The notes beneath the pieces are model-generated. The model searched no databases and was not told the origin of the DNA. It saw only the letters and a list, made by a program, of their open reading frames with translations. From Octopus vulgaris (Eukaryota), in assembly GCA_951406725.2 (NCBI GenBank), contig OX597823.1, positions 81,592,001-81,656,000 of the forward strand: a DNA stretch of 64,000 nt, read 5' to 3'. The position numbers were made by a program, and so were the translations under genes. Position 1 is the first letter of the stretch; each line of letters begins with the position of its first letter. Shown here piece by piece: positions 39,364-53,497 of this stretch.

Positions 39364-39853
39364 TATATATATATATATACATTTATACACACACACACAC
39401 ACACACACATATGTATGTATGTGTATATGTATTTATGTGAGTATGTGTGTGTGCCTGTGTGTTGTTAATGTTCTGTTGTTTGCATTTGTATTTGTGTACC
39501 ATTTCGTCCTTGTTTTTGTACACATTTACAGCTTTCTTCCAAGGAATCTAGTATTCTTAGCTTAGATTTTCCTTGGGGATGGCCAGATTGGAGCAGTCTC
39601 GAGTATAACCAGCCAAAACTGCAAAGATAATCTGGAACTTGACTGAAGAAAAAAGCTCCGAATGACCCATCCCTGTTTTCTCTTGACCCGTTTTGTATCA
39701 TCCGTCAGGATGTCTTGTTGTCACCTGTTGTGTTCTTGTCCTACTTTTTGTATTCTTTTTTATATCCATATATCAGTGTATGTACACTTTAGTCTCTTAT
39801 ATATATATATGCATGTATATATGTGTGTATATGTATATGTATATGTATATATT

Positions 39854-39907
<54 letters not shown>

Positions 39908-39912
<5 letters not shown>

Positions 39913-40226
39913 ATATTTCGGAATGGTCATTTTGCCAGTTTAGCCAATAAAAACACACGCACTATATATTTGGTGTTATTTTGCTTCAGTGTTATTTATT
40001 TTCTACATTAATCTTAATCTTATTTCGGCCAGAGTTCTTTCGTGACACTCCTGTGACTGCATCAGTGGTCCTTTGTTTTCTTCTTTCTTATTTGTGTCTC
40101 TCCTTACTAACCGTCAGCCATTTATTGGCTAAACTGGCAAAATGACCATTCCGAAAAATAACAATATCTGTTTCAACACACGACTTCACATAAAAAATTT
40201 TGCACAACAAATATATAAACGTACTA
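39908..40226. mobile_element. (TA)n-flanked fold-back element with 44-bp inverted repeat and a hammerhead-like motif
   Basis: 39908-39951 pairs with 40121-40164; minus strand 40027-40070 gacca-CTGATGc-agtcac-agga-gtgtcac-GAAA-gaac-TC-tggcc. Confidence 0.6.
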
Positions 40227-40259
40227 TATATATATATATATAAATGAGTGTATACACAT

Positions 40260-40310
<51 letters not shown>

Positions 40311-40839
40311 CATATGTAACAACAATAATTGATGAAGGAGACAGAAGATAGATTTAGCACTAGTCTTCTCCTTCCTTCCTTCCTTCCTTCCTTCCTTCTT
40401 TCCTTTGATTGTTTGTTTGTTTCTTCCTTTCTATTTTTCTTCCTTCCTTTTCAGTACATTATGGGTAGGATTTTGTGCATCTGTGTTGCATCAATCTGTG
40501 CAGTTTGTGTCATGTCTGGTTCATGCATAAAGAAGGGGATGTCCTGCTAGATATACTGAGATGTCCTAGGCATGTTGTTCGAGCCTGTTGTATCTTTGTT
40601 ATGACCGGCTACAGTTGTCTGTGAGTGTATAACATAAAATCAAAATCATACAATCATAAAATATAGAGAGTAGAACCTATCAAAGAAAGATTACATCTAG
40701 GTTAATGAGGAGGGGCGTGCACTCCCACCCAGTCATGAAAACACACTCACACAGGTATACACACACACGCACGGACATACATACATACACATACACACGC
40801 ATGCCTTAAATCAAAGACCACTAATGACATTGATGACCA

Positions 40840-41039
40840 ACGACAATGATAACGATGATGACAATAATGATAATGATCACAACAGCGATGACAATGATGA
40901 CGGCAATAATGATGATGACGACAACAACAACGATGACAATGATGACGATGAAGATGACGACGATGACGACGATGATGATGATGACGACAACGACGATGAT
41001 GACGATGATGATGATGACGATGATGATGATGATGACGAC

Positions 41040-41076
<37 letters not shown>

Positions 41077-41327
41077 ACAACGATGACGATGATGATGATG
41101 ATGATGATGATTATGATGACAGTGATGATGATGATGATGATGGTGATGGTAGTGGTGATGATGATGATGATGACGATGATGATGGTGGGAATGATGATGA
41201 TGATGATGACGACAACAATGACGACGGTGATGATGATGATGACGGCAACGACGACGACGACGATGATGATAAAGTTGATAATGATGGTGACGATGATGAT
41301 GATGACGATGATGATGATGATGACGAC

Positions 41328-41364
<37 letters not shown>

Positions 41365-41579
41365 ACAACGATGACGATGATGATGATGATGATGATGATT
41401 ATGATGACAGTGATGATGATGATGATGATGGTGATGGTAGTGGTGATGATGATGATGATGACGATGATGATGGTGGGAATGATGATGATGATGATGACGA
41501 CAACAATGACGACGGTGATGATGATGATGACGGCAACGACGACGACGACGATGATGATAAAGTTGATAATGATGGTGAC

Positions 41580-41612
<33 letters not shown>

Positions 41613-41632
41613 AGTGATGATGGCGACGGTGA
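40840..41632. repeat. (GAT/GAC)n tract containing a 288-bp tandem duplication
   Basis: Markers GGAGACAAC at 41073 and 41361, AAAGTTGAT at 41271 and 41559. Confidence 0.95.
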
Positions 41633-42049
41633 TATGTTTTCATTAATATCATATTTAATACCAATCTTTTGCAAAGCAGATTTCATAAAGCTGCCATTTC
41701 ATGAGGCTGAAGCGAAGTCATAGGGTCTCGTTTACTTCCATTGGACTTGTCAGATAATGAATCAAGACCTGCGTTGTTGAGAAGCCATTAGCAAATCTCT
41801 CCCTTATTTAGATAAGATGCATGAGAAATTCAATATCTTTACTTGTATAAAAGTTCCTAATAGAACCGAAATAAAAGAAAAAAATGATTAATGTTTGTAG
41901 AAGATATATACCTCAGGTTCCTCTGTGAACAGCTGTTTTTTTATTATTATTTTTTGTTTGGTTGCTTGTTTGTTTGCAGCTTATTAGTGTTTTGCAGGGT
42001 GGGATGAGGGGATGATGGGGTGGGGTGTATTTTATGAAAGTTAGGTGGT

Positions 42050-42955
42050 TAAAGAAAGGAAGATAGAAAAATGAAGAAAGGAAGGAAGGAAGGAAAGAAG
42101 ATGAGAAGGAGAGAATGAATGAATGAAAGAAGGAAGGAAGAAAAACTGGAAGAAAGAAAAAGGATTAAAGAAAGGAAAGAAGGAAGAAAGAAAGAAAGGG
42201 AATAAGGAGAAAAAGAATGAATGAAGGAAGAAAGAAAAGGAAGGAAGAAAAATAGAAAGAAAGAAAGAAAGAAAGAAAGGAAAGGAGGAAGGAAGGAGGA
42301 GAAAGATATAGAGATAAGGCAATGAAGGAAAGGAGAAGAAAAGCAAGCAAGAAAGAAAAAAGGAAAGAAAGAAGAAGGGAGGAAAAGAAAAAAGAAAGAG
42401 GGAAAGAGAAAGAGAAGAAAGAGAGAGAGCAAGAGAGCGGAAGCGAAAAAAGATTGAAAAGTAGAAAAAAGAAAGAAGAGAAAGAAGAAAGAAAACAAAT
42501 AAGGAAGGAAGAGAGAAAGATAGAGAAAAGGAAAGAAGTAAAAGCAGTAAAAGTAAGCAAGAAAAAAGAAATGAAAGAAAGGAGAGAGAAAAAAGGAAAG
42601 CAAAGAAGGAAGAAAGAAAGAGAGAACAAAAGAAAGAGAGAGAGGAAGGAAAGACAGGAAAAAAAAAGGGGAAGAAAGAGAGAGAGAGAAAAACTGAAAG
42701 AAAGAGTGAAAAGGGGGAAAAGAGAAAGAAAAGAAAGAAGAAAGAAAAGAAGGAAGGAAGAGAGAAAGAAAGAGAGACGGAAAGAAGTAAAAGCAATAAA
42801 AGCAAGAAAAAAGAAAGGAAAGAAAAGAGAGAGAAAAAAGGAAAGCAAAGAAGGAAGAAAGAAACGAAGAGAAAACAAAAGAAAGAAAGAGAGGAAGAGA
42901 AGACATGAATGAAAGAAAGCAAAGAAGGAAGTAAGAAAGGAAAAAGAAACAAGAA
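42050..42955. repeat. Polypurine (GAAA/GA/GGAA) tract with an internal duplication of period about 250 bp
   Basis: GGAAAGAAGTAAAAGCA(G/A)TAAAAG near 42530 and 42779. Confidence 0.9.
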
Positions 42956-43595
42956 TCAGAAATCTTGTTCAGAATCTGAATATGGAGATTAAATATACGA
43001 AAAAAAAAAAGGAGATAGGAGAGGTGGGGGTGGGTTGGGTGGGCAATAAAAACAAAAAAAAAAAAAAAAAAAAAAAAACTAAAATATACTTTCACAGCAA
43101 TGTTTGTTCAAACAATATTTGCATAGTCCAGCTAATGATTAATATTGATAATATTTCAGCATTTATTGCATGAAATAAAAAAGAGAGAAAAAAAAAAGAA
43201 ACAATAGAATAATAACAAAAACAAAACCAAAAAGAAACCCTGAAAAAGGGCAGATTTCATCAAAACTTGTATCATGATTAGTATGAAATGACATGTAGGC
43301 CTTATTGGGTTGGTGGAAGTTATGTTTTTAGTTATTTATTTATTTTATATATTTTTTATGTATTTTTATTTTGAAAGTTTAGTGCTAATGAAGATGTGTA
43401 ACAGATAAACCATATTAACACACACACACACGCACACACATGCACATACACACACATGTATATCGTGTATTCTGTGATCTGTATTTTGTGCTCCATGTAA
43501 ATGTCTCAAGCCGACCTCATTCTCCCCACCTCTCTCTCTCTCTTGGCCACAGTCAGATAACTGAAACATATAAAAGAATAAGAGAATACATGCAT

Positions 43596-43657
<62 letters not shown>

Positions 43658-43738
43658 TTATGTATATATATATATATATATATATACATATATGTATGTA
43701 TGTATGTATGATTCCATATATATGTACATATGTGTATG

Positions 43739-43774
<36 letters not shown>

Positions 43775-44108
43775 TATGTATAGTTGCATATATATATATA
43801 TATATATGTGCGTGTGTGTGTGTGTGTGTGTCCTGTGCCCACATATGCTTATATATATATACATATAGATGTAATTATATACATATATGTATGTATATAT
43901 GCATATATATATTATTTACATTATATATATATATATTATATAAATATATATATATATATATTATATATATTATATAAATAATATATATAAGCATATATAT
44001 ATATATATGTATGAATGTGTATATATATAAATATATATATATATATGTATATATATGTATAAATATACACACATATATAGATATATCTGTTTTTAATCTA
44101 TCTATCTG

Positions 44109-44139
<31 letters not shown>

Positions 44140-44212
44140 GTCTCTCTCTGTCTCTCTCTCCCTATATATATATATATATATATACATACATATACATACA
44201 TACATACATACA

Positions 44213-44247
<35 letters not shown>

Positions 44248-45217
44248 TCGTGTATGTATTTACTTATGTCAGTTTATAGAACAGAATTAGCTACAATAAC
44301 TTGATTTGCTATAAGGAGTGAAGTCTCAGCATTTTAGCCATGGGATTCTTTGCTATTCATGGTGATTCTATTGACTGTAATATATTATTTGCTATGAAGT
44401 TTCATGGATTAAGCTAGTTCTGCAAACATATGTGTGTGAATGTATATATATATCAATGTATGTATGTATGTATGTATGTATGTATGTATGTATGTATGTA
44501 TGTCTGCATGTATGTATGTATGTATGTATGTATGTATGTATGTATGTATGTATGTATGTATGTATGTCTGTATGTATGTATGTATGTATGTATGTATGTA
44601 TGTATGTATGTATGTATGTATGTATGTATGTATGTATGTATGTATATAGGTATGTATGTATGTATGTATGTATGTACGTATGTATGAATGTGTCTGTGTG
44701 TGCATGCGTAAGTATGTATGTGGCTGTGCGTGTGTGTGCTTGTATGCACATGCACGCATGTTTGTGTATGTGTGTGTGTGTATGTGCATGCTTTGAGCCT
44801 CTTAAGAAAGCCTTTTCCAGTGTACTCTGCATGTTAGCAGAGCATCATTATGGAAAGTAGAGATGTTTAAGTATATTGGATTATATTAGCAAATGATTGG
44901 ATGTGAGAAGCTGAACTGGATGTTGGAATTACTGTTGCTGGTATGGTAATGTGCCAGTTTCGGCAGTCAATCCTCTTCATCATCATCATCATCATCCAGT
45001 GTTTTAAATCCAGGTTTTGTCCCCATTAACGAGGGGTGGCTGGATCTACCTCAATGCCATAGCAACTGAGGCAGGCATGAGGTGGTGTAGCATTATCTTT
45101 GAACTTTGAGCCTCATAAAGGCAATGACTGGTGACTGAGACCTTTGGCGATGTGCTGTGTTTGAGATGACCTGTCAAGTCAAGCGCACCAATGCTGGTGG
45201 CATGTAAAGAACATCTA

Positions 45218-45425
45218 TTGAATGTTGGGCCTCAAGGAGACAAAGGGGCCGAGTTCCTTTTGAGCGTTGGGCCTCATGGAGGCAAAATGGCTGAGTTCCT
45301 TTCGAGTGTTGGGCCTCACATAGGCAAAGTGACTGAGAGCCTTTTGAGTATTGGGCTTCATGGAAGCAAAGTGGATGAGTTCCTTTTGAGTCTTCAGCCT
45401 TACAGAGGTAATGATTGAGACTTTT
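45218..45425. repeat. 42-bp tandem repeat, about 4.5 units, in RTE-related UTR sequence
   Basis: TTGAGTGTTGGGCCTCATGGAGGCAAAGTGGCTGAGTTCCTT-like units. Confidence 0.85.
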
Positions 45426-45596
45426 GACATTATGTTTTGACATCCAGCTGAGCAAAATTGCAGTCGTGGCCGATGGATGGATGGATGGATGGATAGAGAG
45501 ACAGATAAAAAATATATATGTTATGGCCAATCAGAAAGTAAAAACCTAAAATAAATATGGCAAACATTTCGTCCAAAACTTGAACAATTCACAAAT

Positions 45597-47568
45597 GTCC
45601 CTTATTAATCCAGCATTGTTGAGACCTGAGGATTGCCAGATTAGTGAATTACTGGATCACCAGTTGTTGGATTGAAACATACAGTTAACACAACAGCTAA
45701 TAAACTCCATCCTATGTTTAAAACACCTTGTAAATCAGTACAACATATTTATTAAAGGTGAAAGAAGCATTAAACTGATATGGAAATGTTGTTAATTTTA
45801 TGTGAGAAAGTTCACCACTGACGATACCTGCAAAATGAAGAGCTGGAATTTAACACTAAGCAGAGATACATATGAGGAAGTAAAAACTCAGAATGCTCAT
45901 TTTCATCCTGAAAGATGGCCAAAACACTAGTAACTGGTAATGAAATTGGTACAATATCTTTTTCAGGAATTATTGATGACAGTAGCATCATATCTGGGTG
46001 AGAAGGAGATGATGTATTGGATTTTCAAGTGACAACTCTTCACAAATATCACAAATGTTACCTAATTTTTTTTGAACATATCTTTCAAGCTAGGCTGTTT
46101 CATATATCTCAGTCGTTCTTTGATTAGTTTGTCCTGCAGCATGTAAACATTCATTATTTCTTGTTCAGTTACAAAATTGTATTGCTCAAGACCTTTTAGC
46201 ACTTCACCTGTCAATTGAATTAACTTGGCAATAGAAGTTCTTTCAGCTACATCTTTCTCATTTTCATTAGAGCTTTCTTCTCTGTTTTCATCTCTCTCAG
46301 GATTAACAACCATCTGTTCAATTTCTGGCTTAGAATAATGATGAACATTAGTTACAGCATTGCCTACATTCGTCCATTTCCCAGTATTATCTTCATCCAT
46401 TCTTGATGCAAGTTCCTTGTTAGCAAGATTTTGATATACCACGAAAGTTTGTGTATAATGTGATTTTCATTTTTAACCCTAAATTCTGTATTGTCATTTC
46501 AAGTGTCTTCACCAGCTGGAGACTCAAACATTGAATATAACCACCATTAATGCCTTCCGTTTTTTGGTTTGAATGCCCCTATTGACTTCCAAGCATTGGC
46601 AACAACAGTAAACTATATTCTTTGACAACACTGAAACTGGGATACAAATGGCAAAATGTAAACCAAATTTCTTGCATTAAAATATTTAAGAAATTCCATT
46701 GCAGCCTCATAAATATGGATCAAAACTTAGATATAAGAGAATGTGATAATCAGTGCTGGGCTTCAATTATTGTTGTACAATTTGGTGGGAGATAGAAATG
46801 TTAAATGTTTTTTTTTTCACCAGAAATTTTGCTGGAGGTGTACAGAGCAGTTGACTAAAGTAAGCATTTTCTTACATTTTTAGCTTAGACCAGTAGAGTC
46901 ACACAGAGTTCTTGCTTCTGAACAAAATATTCTTCAACCCATTCCAATGTAACATTAGTTTTGATCCACCTCTTCTTGTTGGGACAGGAAATTACTAGAG
47001 AAATTACTAGAAACTGTATCATATCTTTGAAGGCTTGAGTCATACACTTTTTCCTGATGTTCATTTACTGACACTTACATGTTTCTAAAGCATTTGCACA
47101 GCTGAAAACTGATGCAATCTTTTTATGCTTTTATAATCTGTAGGTAATTATTCATCTTCACTTATCGGAATTCTTCATGGAATACATATCCAATATAAGG
47201 CCAACTCATGTGTATTGTTGACCTGCTCAAGGTTTAGCTTCCGTAAGAAATTAACTCAACAAACTTGTCAAGGAATGCAGCCATTGCTTCCATGCTTGTC
47301 GAATATTTTTCATCATGAAACAATATTTTCAGGAGTGGTACTGCTTGAAACATTAAAGCCAACTTTCACTATTCTTTTACTTGTTTCAGTCATGTGACTG
47401 TGGCCATGCTGGAGCACTGCTTTACTCAAGCAACTCGACCCCAGGATTTATTCTTTGTAAGCCTAGTACTTATTCTATCGGTCTCTTTTGCCGAACCGCT
47501 TAGTTACAGGGATGTAAACACACCAGCATTGGTTGTCAAGCGATGTTGGGGGGACAAACACAGACACA

Positions 47569-47606
<38 letters not shown>

Positions 47607-47880
47607 TATATATACATATATACGACTGGCTTCTTTCAGTTTCTGTCTACCAAATCCACTCACAAGGCTTTAGTCAGCCCGAGGCGATAGTAGAAGACAC
47701 TTGCCCAAGGTGCCACACAGTGGGACTGAACCCGGAACCATGTGGTTCGTAAGCAAGCTACTTACCACACAGCCACTCCTTAATTCTTTGTGAAAGACAT
47801 TTTAGCTTCTCCTTCTCCTGAGCCCAAGTAACTGAATTCCATTGTTTATGCAAATCTTAAAACACATCAGCAACACTTCA
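45597..47880 (-). mobile_element. Decayed Tigger/pogo-like DNA transposon, interrupted by SINE B (47372-47780)
   Basis: Minus strand LEQVNNTHELALYW (compare EQIYNADETGLYW) near 47200; ORF 46062-46442 is acidic and ends KQPSLKDMFKK, typical of Tigger C-termini. Confidence 0.7.
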
Positions 47881-48153
47881 TCCAGATCTGAGCCTTTCCT
47901 GGTTTACATGTTTTTTTTTTTATCTTTTGTCTTTTACCTGTTTCATTCATTAGATTGTGGCCACTGAATTTCTAGTCAAATGAATCTACATCTGTACTTA
48001 CCTTTTTAAAGCCTTGTACTTATTCTATCAGTCTATTTTGCCAAACAGCTAAGTTACAGGAATGTAAACACATCAACACTGGTAGTCAAACAGGTACAAA
48101 GACACACACAAACAAGTTTCTGTCAGATTCCATCTATCATATCCACTCATAAG

Positions 48154-48314
48154 GTGCAGGAGTGGCTGTGTGGTAAGTAGCTTGCTTACCAACCACATGG
48201 TTACAGGTTCAGTCCCACTGCATGGCACCTTGGGCAAGTGTCTTCTACTATAGCATCAGGCCGACAAAAGTCTTGTGAGTGGATTTGGTTGATAGAAACT
48301 GAAAGAAGCCCACC

Positions 48315-48374
<60 letters not shown>

Positions 48375-48578
48375 TTGTGTATTTGCATTTGTCCCCCCAA
48401 CATCACTTGACAACCGATGGTGGTGTGTTTATGTCCCCATCACTTAGCACTTCGGCAAGAGAGGCCGATAGAATAAGTACTAAGCTTACAAAGAATAAGT
48501 CCTGGGGTCGATTTGCTCAATTAAAGGCGGTGCTCCAGCATGGCCACAGTCAAATGACTGAAACAAATAAAAGAATAA
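48154..48578 (+). mobile_element. Full-length SINE B
   Basis: tRNA-like head, internal (TA)n, tail ATGACTGAAACAAATAAAAGA; other copies at 33143 (-), 51560 (+), 55265 (-), 59530 (-) and 63470 (+). Confidence 0.9.
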
Positions 48579-49301
48579 GGTTGTAGTCAGCTTGGGACTA
48601 TAGTAGAAGACATTTGCCCAAGGTGCCATGCAGCAGTACTGAACCCAGAACCATGTGGTTTGGAAGCAAGCTTCTTACCACACAGCCATACCTACGCCTA
48701 TAGAAAATATGGAATACTTCACAGCTTTTTTTTTACATACTAATATATTTATTTATTCAATTCACTGTCAGCAAAGAACTGGAGTGAATTTTTCTTTCTG
48801 TTCCTTTATGTCACACACTGTCAAAGAACTAATGTTGCATAATTCTCACAAGCATCTAACAGACACACTGGTGTTAAGTTGTTTTAGAAATCCAACATTA
48901 TTTGTTATTATCTGTTGGACAATGTGTAGCATTTGTGCTTTACATCATAAGAAGCTCTTCCATTATGCAGTGAAGCCATGTCAGGGGTTAGGTGTGATTC
49001 TGGTCCTAATAACAAATGCAGGAAGATGAGTTGGAATAACTTACTGGTGTTCATGAGTCAGTGGAACAGAAATGGAAATTAAGTCCATGACATGTTTTAT
49101 CTTTTGTCTTTAATTTTTTATCTTTTACTTGTTTCGCTCTTTAGACTGTGGCCATTCTGGGGCGTTGGCGTTTTTCTAACTTATTTTTTAAGCTTGGTTT
49201 TTATACTATGGGGTTTTTTGCTGAAGTTATGGAGATAAAACACCCAGCATTAGTTGCCAAACAGGGGTGGGTGGAGAAAACAAATACACACACACACGCA
49301 T

Positions 49302-49348
<47 letters not shown>

Positions 49349-49489
49349 CACGCACGCACACATGTGACAAGGTTCTTTCAGTTTTTGTCCACCAAATCCA
49401 CACACAACCTGAGGTTGTAGTCAAAGACACTGGCTTTAAAAGGAATGTACATTGGCCACAAAATGTGTTTCTGAATTCTCAGAACTTTC

Positions 49490-50127
49490 CAGTTGAAAGA
49501 TATCCACACCATTATTCTTCTCTTCTCCATTTTTGCCCGACCCACCTTGAATACCATTGTCCACTGTGGTCTCCCAACATAAAACAAAGTATCGTGAAAA
49601 TTGAAGCACCTCAAAGGTCAATTACAAAACAAAATAGCATGGCAGACCTTGACTACTGGAGTCAACTAGAAAATTTCAAACTTTATTCTCTCCAACACTG
49701 CTGTGAGTGTTACATCATCTGCATGTGGAAAATATTCCATCAGCATTGCCCAAATAATGTTGGCATCGCTTTTAAGATACACCCAAGACTTGGAGCCCAT
49801 GCCATCTGCCCACAACATAAATCATTTTCGCATCACATAACAATATGGCACAATTATTTCACTTCAATAGACCCTGCTCTCTTTAACATTACACCAAAAC
49901 TCATTAAAGCAGAAACAGACCCCATAAAGTTCAAGACGGCTTTGGACAAATACCTTAAAAAAATCCTGGATAAACCATCTACACCCGGATATGTCGCTGT
50001 AAGCAATAACACCCTCCTTGAGTGGGCCATGTTGTCCATTTACTGATTTGAATGACTTTGCCAGGTGGTGATATTAAGTTAAACATGGGCTGGGCCAACA
50101 CTGGTCAAGACCTATCAAGGTATCAAA

Positions 50128-50130
<3 letters not shown>
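49490..50130 (+). mobile_element. CR1/L2-type LINE ORF2 C-terminal fragment
   Basis: LEYHCPLWSP...IEAPQRSITK...LDYWSQL...LYSLQ...FKTALDKYL. Confidence 0.85.
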
Positions 50131-50172
<42 letters not shown>

Positions 50173-50186
50173 AATATATATATATG

Positions 50187-50240
<54 letters not shown>

Positions 50241-50301
50241 TACATATATGTATATATACGTATATGTATATGTATATATATATACATATATGTATATATA
50301 C

Positions 50302-50336
<35 letters not shown>

Positions 50337-50370
50337 TGTATGTATGTATATCTTTTTATTTATTTTGCAG

Positions 50371-50513
50371 AGATGACTTGTGAGCCGAAGAAACGAAGCT
50401 TGCATTTCAGAGATTCTGCCAAGATTCGACCATGTGAAGATAATGGAAGCGAAGTTAGTTTGGAGGATACAAGAAAACAAGAAGTAGAAGAAAGAGAACA
50501 ACAATGTAGTAAA
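50371..50513 (+). CDS. Candidate host-gene exon ([47 protein letters not shown])
   Basis: Acceptor TCTTTTTATTTATTTTGCAG, donor AAA|GTAAGG, open non-repetitive frame ending in phase 0. Confidence 0.55.
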
Positions 50514-50569
50514 GTAAGGGCTTTCACACTTGAGTTTTAACACAGGCACCAGGTTACAAATTTAGCATC

Positions 50570-51100
50570 TGGGAGTCTCCTCCTACTCCATCTCCCCCTC
50601 ATCTTCATCCTCAACATTTTTTCTTCCTTCTCCGATTCCACTTCTTCCTTCTTCCACCTCCTTGCCTTCCTCAACTCTTCTTCTCCCTTCCCCTTCCTCC
50701 TCCTCCTCCTCCTCCACTTCCTACCCCTCCTCCTCCCCTTCCTTTCATCCTCCCCTCCTTTCTTCCTCACTCTCCCCTTCCACCTCCTCTCCCTCCCATC
50801 TCCCCTCCCTCCGTCCCCTCACCCCTTCCTCCTCCGCTCCCTCTCCCCCTCTCCTCACTCCTTCATCCTCTGCTCCCTCTCTCCTTCCTCCTCCCTTCCC
50901 CTTTCTCATCTCCCTTCCTCTTCCCCCTTACTCCTCCTCCCCTTCCTCTCCTCTTCCTCTCCACTTCCTCCTCAACACTACTTCTTCCCCTCTCCCCCTC
51001 TTCTTCCTTAACTCTTCTTCTTCCTCCTTCTCCTTCCCTGCTTCCTCCTCAACTCTTCGACTCCCCTCTCCTCTTCCTCCAACTCCTCAACTCCTCTTTT
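50570..51100. repeat. Polypyrimidine (CCT/CT) tract
   Basis: Direct reading. Confidence 0.9.
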
Positions 51101-51987
51101 CCACACTTGTGTGGGTCAGATGGAATTCATTGAGGTAGATCTTCTTTGGCCCAATTCTTTTCCTGCCAGCAACCCTCACCTGTTTCCAGCTAAGGTAACA
51201 CTACCTCACTGCCAAAGGCTTTTCAGGGAAGAGTGAAAATGTGTGATGATATTGCTTGTTTACAACTGTCTTGAGATGTTGAAACAAGAATAAGCACAAA
51301 CACACACACGTGTGTGTGTGTGTGTGTGTGTGTGTATGGAATAAGTACCAGGCTTTAAAAAAAATACTGGTGTTGATTTGTTCAGCGAAAATTTTAATGC
51401 TAGATGTGTCAAAACAATTGTCGTGATTAATAAATTCTTGTATATTCCATCTTCTGTCTATCATTTGCCATATACATAACGATCATTGTGAAAGAGACCA
51501 TGCTTTACCAGTAAGCTTCCAGGTGTACACCATTTGTTTTATTATCCAATGTCATATATAGGTGTGGCTATGTGGTAAGATACTTGCTTCCCAACCACAT
51601 AACTCTTGGATTCAATTCCACTGTGTAGCACCTTGGGCAAGTGTCTTCTACTATAGCATTGGACAGACCAAAGCCTTGTGAGTGGATTTGGTAAAGAGAA
51701 ACAGAAAGAAGCCCGTCGTATATATGTATGTATGTGTGCCTTTGTGTCTGTGTTTGTCCCCGCCCCCATCACCACTTGACAACTAATGTCGGTGTATTTA
51801 CATCCCTGTAACATAGTGGTTCTGCAAAAGACACATAGAATCAGTACTAGGCTTACAAAGAATAAGTGCTGGGGTTGATTTCTTTGACTAAAACCATATA
51901 AAGCAGTGCTCCAGCATGGCTGCAGTCAAATGACTGAAACAAGTAAAAGAATATATATAAATATGTATATATATTTGTATTTGTATG

Positions 51988-52022
<35 letters not shown>

Positions 52023-52404
52023 TGTTCAAACCATGCTAGCATGGAAAACGGATGTTAAACGATGATGATGATGATGATGATATATATATATATATATGTA
52101 TATATAGGAATAAAAATTTATATATAAAGAATGTGAAATACACGAAGGGACGAACACGGAAAACAGACAAGTCATTCGAAACATATATATATCTTGACAA
52201 CATGCAATAGTTGTAAATAAGCATAACTTCACATGAGCAGTGCTATTTATAATCAATGTTCTGGGAAAATATGTCTGACCATGGAAAAATATTATCTTTC
52301 TTGGAAACAGGCAAGAGTTGGTGACAGAGGAGGGCATCCAACCGTAAGAAAATTTGCCTCAATATAATCCATTGAAGTATAGAAATGTGAATGTTAAAAT
52401 GATA

Positions 52405-52489
<85 letters not shown>

Positions 52490-53264
52490 GGAGGAGGAGG
52501 AGGAGGAGGAGAAGGAGGAGGTGGATAATGATGATTGATGATATGTGCTAGGAAGAGTGTTAAGTATAAACACCCAAATAATAATGCAATTGTTTAGCCA
52601 ACCTTAGAACAAGATAATGCGAATAATATGTCTACAGCAAATGCCACATCATTAACTTCTATTCTTTCTAATGCTAATTTACATGATTTATGTGATTGTA
52701 ACTGTAGAATGGCTAAGGGATGTCCTCTTAATGCGAACTGCTTAAAGAAAATATAGTATGTTAAGGAAATATACACACACACGTCTATGTATGCATATAT
52801 GTATATTAATATGTATATATATATAACTATGTGTGTATATTAGTACAGATATATTTATATGTGTGATGCATTTATATCTATCTATCTATATCGAGAGAGA
52901 GAGAGCGAGAAACGGATAGAGAAGGACAAATAGATAGGGGGAGAAATAGATACATTTTAATGTGTATGTGTATATGCATATGTGTGTGTGTGTATGACTG
53001 TGTATTTATATATGTATATTTGTGTGTGTGTGTATGCATATGTCTGTGCATGTATGTATTTATAAATCCCTAGAACCATCTTGATTACAACAAAAGAGTT
53101 TTGTCTCTTTGTTACTGTTTCATTTAAATTCTACAAAGAAGGATCGGAATAAATCTGAAAGAAAACACACACACAAACACACACACACACACACGCATGT
53201 GCACACAAACACACAGAGAGGTATGTATATGTCTTTCTTTGTACATAAATATGTATGTATCATG

Positions 53265-53305
<41 letters not shown>

Positions 53306-53308
<3 letters not shown>

Positions 53309-53497
53309 GGTCCCGGGTTGATTCGGGGTTAACCACAGTAAGTAAGGTACTCAATACATAGCAGAGTAAAATTAATTTATTATATAGAAGGAGCTTACAG
53401 GACTAGTACTGTTTCATTCAAGAGAAATCTTCAGCTTCCTGAAGATTTCTCTTGAATGAAACAGTACTAGTCCTGTAGAAGCTCCTTCTATATAATA

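Noticed and set aside
40824-41723. 299-aa poly-Asp ORF as an acidic biomineralisation protein
   Set aside because: No signal peptide or clear exon structure; other frames are equally open; (GAT)n tracts are common across the window.
42041-43095. Long Phe/Leu/Ser and Lys/Arg/Glu ORFs
   Set aside because: Polypurine low-complexity tract that lacks stop codons by composition.
49267-50046. 259-aa ORF as a host gene
   Set aside because: Chimeric read-through of a SINE microsatellite into a CR1/L2-type LINE fragment.
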